Assembly (NCBI RefSeq): GCF_006345805.1
Contig: NC_043005.1
Coordinates: 82,026,001-82,090,000 of the forward strand
Direction of reading: 5' to 3'
Source of the DNA: Octopus sinensis
Lineage: Eukaryota
DNA length: 64,000 nt
Under the pieces are notes generated by a model, which was not told the origin of the DNA, did no database searches, and saw only the letters and a program-made list of their open reading frames with translations. How positions within the stretch are numbered: the stretch's first letter is position 1; each line of letters starts with the position of its first letter. Of the stretch, positions 59,638 through 64,000 are shown in pieces. Made by a program: the position numbers and the translations under genes.

Positions 59638-59695
59638 TTTTCGTTGACGAACATATTTTTCGGAGGAGAAAACTTCTGATGCTTTGTGAGCAAAG
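59638..59695 (+). other. Candidate 58-nt internal exon
   Basis: Acceptor tttttttctatccag| and donor AAAG|GTAAAT. One open frame (xFVDEHIFRRRKLLMLCEQ). No homology recognised. Confidence 0.3.
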
Positions 59696-59974
59696 GTAAA
59701 TTATTCAAGTCAGAAACTATTATTAATGTACAAAATTCAAGTTCAGAGCGAGGTAATGAATGAGAAATGTGAACATTGATTTTGCAAGCATGCTTAAATA
59801 ACTATAATGCTAGGGTTAATATTGCCTCCAGTTACAAAATAATTTCATTGAATTAAGAATTTATGTGAACATCTTTCTAGAGAACAGTAACTGGGAATCA
59901 TCTTACTGGGCGAACCAAACTGTTTTAAATAACACACATACACACCCACACACAATTGCAGGGTAAATTAAGTA

Positions 59975-60936
59975 AAATACTCTTTTTTTGAAGAAAAAAA
60001 ACACCTACAAATCCTTCACAAATTGTCACATGAAATCGTAACATTTTCTAATTTGTCCTCAGTTCCAATAAATTAGTGTGTATATACACATAAATATATA
60101 TACGTATATGTGTGGTGAGCGCATACATGTCTGCGTGTTTGTGCGTTTGTGTGGGAGTGTGTAATCGTGTCTACACAAACATTCAGACATATCAGTTCAC
60201 AGTTGTCTATAAATATCATTTGGCATTGTAGTCTCGCATGGGAAATCTCGTTCTTATAGGTTTCGCAGTCTTGTAATCTGACAACAAAACCGTATTGTTT
60301 ACACAATGGAAGTCACGATAATGAAAGAAACATGGGCTGCTGTGCTTCTGTTTCTTCAATGTAATAGAAATAATTTCAATATATATGATCTAGATCTACA
60401 TAAATCTTATAACCTCCAGCGTCATGAATAGACGATCTCCAGACTGCTTAATAAAGAGCTTTAAAGAATTTAGCGTTAAATATGACACAATGTTTGACAA
60501 TTATTAACGTTTTTCCAATCACATTAGATCTAACAACCAGCAAGAATCAGAAACACCGTATGAAGTGTTTTAGGTAAGCGAACAATCTGAGTAGTATCAA
60601 ATCAGTCGCCAGATTCTATCAATATTCCTGGAAGGTAATACAATGTGCTCAAACACTAATGCAAAACTGCTGAAAATATCGTTTATGACTACGGAACTGC
60701 GCTTGTAAGTTAACTACTAAAGATATTTGTCTTCCTATGCATTGAGTACCAAAAAATCCCCAACTTTACAGTATTAGAAAATGTTACGATTTCATGTGAT
60801 AATTTGTAAAGGATTTTTAGGTGTTTTTTTTCTTCAAAAAAAGAGTATTTACAAGAACTGCGCTTGTAAGTTAACTACTAAAGATATTTGACTTCCTATG
60901 CATAGAGTACCAAAAAATCCCCAACTTTACAGTATT
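59975..60936. repeat. Templated inverted insertion with flanking direct duplication
   Basis: 60773-60850 is the reverse complement of 59975-60052 (78 bp, 3 mismatches). It lies between direct repeats 60694-60775 and 60855-60936 (82 bp, 2 mismatches). Confidence 0.9.
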
Positions 60937-61289
60937 TCCCGCGTTGGCAGGATATAGATTGCTCTGGAAATCAACGCGATGTTGAGCCATGAAAGATAAC
61001 GCTGAATGATTTAGTAAAACCTTTTGTTGTGAAGAAAGACTAATCTGATATTAGCTTCTGCACTTCATCAGACGATGATGATGATGAAGATAGAGTAACT
61101 GGTGTCGCTTTGGTACTTTCGTCACCATGCCATCTAACCGTCAAAACTTTCTCTATGATTGTCTCTTCTTTCAAATCCTGCTATGTATTCTTGAATTAGT
61201 TAATTATTGCCGACATATTGCAAACTAAATTTTTGGGTTTCCCTCCTATATCATGCAAAAAAATTGTGTCGTTTGGAATAACGATGAAT

Positions 61290-61460
61290 ATTTCAAATTT
61301 GGCGCAAAACCCGCTGTTTTAGGGGAGATGGTAAGTCGATTACTTCGACCACAGTTTTTGGTTTGCGTTTTATTTTATCGACTCCAAACGAATGAGAGGC
61401 CAAGTTAACTTCACTGGGATTTGAGCTCAGAACGTGAATGGCTGGAAAGATGCCGCAAAA
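61290..61460 (-). mobile_element. SINE family B, diverged
   Basis: Contains ttttatcgactcc...aagttaacttcactgggatttgagctcagaacg. Confidence 0.65.
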
Positions 61461-62139
61461 GTTTTTTTTTTTTCGATACTCCACATATTATGTCAGCTCT
61501 CCACCACCTGCCATTCTCTATCCTGCAAGAACTCTATAAAAGGTTCTTGAGATTTGAGAATATTTGTTGTCACCAAACCTCAAAATCTCATTCCTACCAC
61601 CAGATCGGTTTTAGACCAATTTTCCTCTCTCCATTACTATAAGCTTGTTGTAGCTCAAATACATTTACTATGCTTTCTATTTCCAACTTTTTTTTACAAC
61701 AATTTTTCTCTCACTCCACTCATACCTTATAGTTGTTTGCATTTATCTTTTGTATATTCCTTCCGTATATTTATGATATTATGTCTCTCTGTGCATAGAG
61801 ATAGAATGTATTTGACTAACAAGCTAATTACAACTGTCGAGAATTGGTAGTTTGAAGATAACAAATACCAAAAACTACTTTGTTTGATGCACCATCGATT
61901 TTGTCAATCAGTCAACCTTGTAATTTTTATTAAAGAGCGTGATTAATCATGCTTTTAAATCAAAGCAACATGGTAGTATAATCGATGATATATACAAAAT
62001 TTCTCTTACATACTGCCCAGGTTACAGTGTGAGATCTTAAGCAGTTGGAATCGCATTCATAATACATATGTACACATGGCTGGCAGAAGGCTTTTCCTAA
62101 TAATAACTTTTCGTAATAGTAAATTTTCTTTTCTTTTAT

Positions 62140-62560
62140 CTTTTACTAGTTTTGACTTTTGGTGACCAGCCATGCTGGGGCGCTACTTAGACGTCTTCTG
62201 TAGAAAGAATCAAGCCCAGTGCTTATCATTTAATTGTGGTAATTATTCAAAACCGTCCCTATTACCGAAGCGCTAGGTTATGGACACGTAAAAAAAGCAA
62301 ATATTGCTATTGCTAACGGGCGGAATAAACACCTGCTGTTAAACGGTGAGGAGCGAACACACATTCACACACGCTCACATACACAGACACACATACACAC
62401 ACATGTGTATATACAGGACAGGTTTCCTTCAGTTTCCATGTACCAAATCCACTCAAAAGGATTTGGTCAACCCGAGTACCGAAAATGCCATGCAGTTGGA
62501 CTGAGCCCGGAATCCTGTCATTGGAAACAAGCTTCTAACCACATAGCCACGCCTGCGCCT
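62140..62560 (-). mobile_element. SINE family A, diverged, minus strand
   Basis: Reverse-complement tail (ccatgctggggcgc) through reverse-complement head (accacatagccacgcctgcgcct). Confidence 0.7.
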
Positions 62561-63187
62561 ATAATTAATGCGTAATTCTAATCTTTTATAAAAAAGCGTA
62601 ATTATTGAAGTCAATAGTGTAAACTCAAAATTAGGCAAAAGTAGGATCTTCATTCCGTCATAGCAACACGTTTCAAAATATTTTGCTACAACTATTAAAA
62701 TATGTTGCTTACAATCCAGCGAAGGGTCTCCACGTGATCACTCATCTTATAGTATATAGCAAGCAAATCTTTTCTAGCTTTAAAATCTAAATAGTAATCG
62801 CAAAATGATATAATGGTTGCGCTTGCAATGATCAATAATTTCATTACTGATCTGCTTGAATTATGGTTAAACATCAACAACACAATATCTTTTCCAATTC
62901 TTGAAGGATAATACTAGTAATCTTCAGATTTTGAGCTTAAGGTTGATATTTCCATTTAGGAATGAATTTAATCTTTTTTTACGCAAATGGTATGATTTCT
63001 AATGGTAAAGTCGAGAACAAATGGTTCAGTTCATATATAACTTGGTATAAAAGTTGGTGCGTAAATGTTCTTAACGTTTCTTCTATTTAGGAAATATTTC
63101 ACTATCAGTCTAACATTTATGGGAAAAATAAATAAGAAATCAATAAATACATCACCCCACATACACACACGCATATATGCGTGTTTG

Positions 63188-63236
<49 letters not shown>

Positions 63237-63313
63237 CATACATATATATATGTGTATACATACATATATATATATATATGTGTATACATACATATATATA
63301 TATATATATGTGT

Positions 63314-63364
<51 letters not shown>

Positions 63365-63369
63365 ATCTT

Positions 63370-63665
63370 ATTTTATTTAGTTTCAGCTCACAAGCTGTGG
63401 CCATGCTGGGGCACCGCCATTTGCTGTTGCTACATGGTTTTACTTCACGAATGCTTTTTAGCAAATGCCATCTAGTGCATGAGAGAGTTCGATGCATCTG
63501 CACCTCCTGCTGTGAAATTGGTTCATCTGGGACACCTGACAAGAAGAGATCTAGTTTCATTTTAAAGACATCTGCATCCACCCCAAGCAGGTCTCTTAGG
63601 TTCTTCGGGAGAATATTGAAGAGCTGTGGGCCTCGGAAGCCCAGGCTATCACAGTATCTTGTCAT
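63370..63665 (-). mobile_element. 5'-truncated non-LTR retrotransposon (CR1/L2-group LINE) 3' end
   Basis: Peptide [19 protein letters not shown]...[16 protein letters not shown] resembles the C-terminus of CR1/L2-type ORF2, followed by a short 3' UTR and an A-rich tail. Clade assigned from memory. Confidence 0.75.
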
Positions 63666-63825
63666 GCACATACATATATATAAAAATACGCACAATGTAT
63701 AAGATGGAGAGATAAGTAGACAGATAGACAAATAGACTAACAGGACAGATAAATACATAGAGAGAGAGGGAGAGAAAAAAAGAGAGAGGAAGAAAGAAAA
63801 AGTGAAAAAAAGGAGAGAGAAAGAA

Positions 63826-63872
63826 ACTGTAAAGACTCCGAAGTTTCGGCTTTCTTGCCTTCATCAGACAGT
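63826..63872 (-). ncRNA. Type I hammerhead-ribozyme-like motif with intact catalytic core
   Basis: Minus strand reads ACTGT-CTGATGA-A-GGC aagaaa GCC-GAAAC-TTCGGA-GTC-ttt-ACAGT. Confidence 0.65.
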
Positions 63873-64000
63873 ACTGAGTGATCCACATTAATGGTAAATC
63901 GATTTTATATATAAGTTGACATAAAAGCGAGCATAAATATACACATGCGTGCGTGTGCATACGTACGTATTTTTTGTAGGCATAATTCAAATTTGGTGCG

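Overview
This is AT-rich eukaryotic DNA made almost entirely of simple repeats ((TA)n, (TG)n, (TATG)n, (TCTA)n, (CAT)n, (ATT)n) and interspersed retroelements. The repeat landscape and tRNA-derived SINE families resemble octopus/coleoid cephalopod genomes; that species assignment is inferred from memory and unverified. I can support no complete protein-coding gene, and nearly all ORF-track entries are translations of microsatellites. The window most likely lies in a very long intron or gene-poor interval. The best gene candidate is a plus-strand first exon (ATG 2496, GT donor after 2624) behind a GA-rich/Inr promoter. Mobile DNA includes at least four tRNA-derived SINE families, a 5'-truncated CR1/L2-type LINE 3' end, a Penelope-like GIY-YIG remnant and a tRNA-Glu pseudogene. 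The most notable observations are: (1) about seven small hammerhead-ribozyme-like motifs of the Penelope terminal-repeat type, with the most complete core at 63826-63872 (-); (2) a LINE and the dominant SINE sharing a 3' tail whose stem-loop shows compensatory changes; (3) a locally templated inverted insertion flanked by an 82-bp duplication; (4) several long inverted repeats able to form dsRNA; (5) a minisatellite built from a SINE 5' end. I found no CRISPR array, rRNA or intact tRNA. Repeat boundaries are approximate (about +/-10-20 bp) unless junction sequences are quoted.
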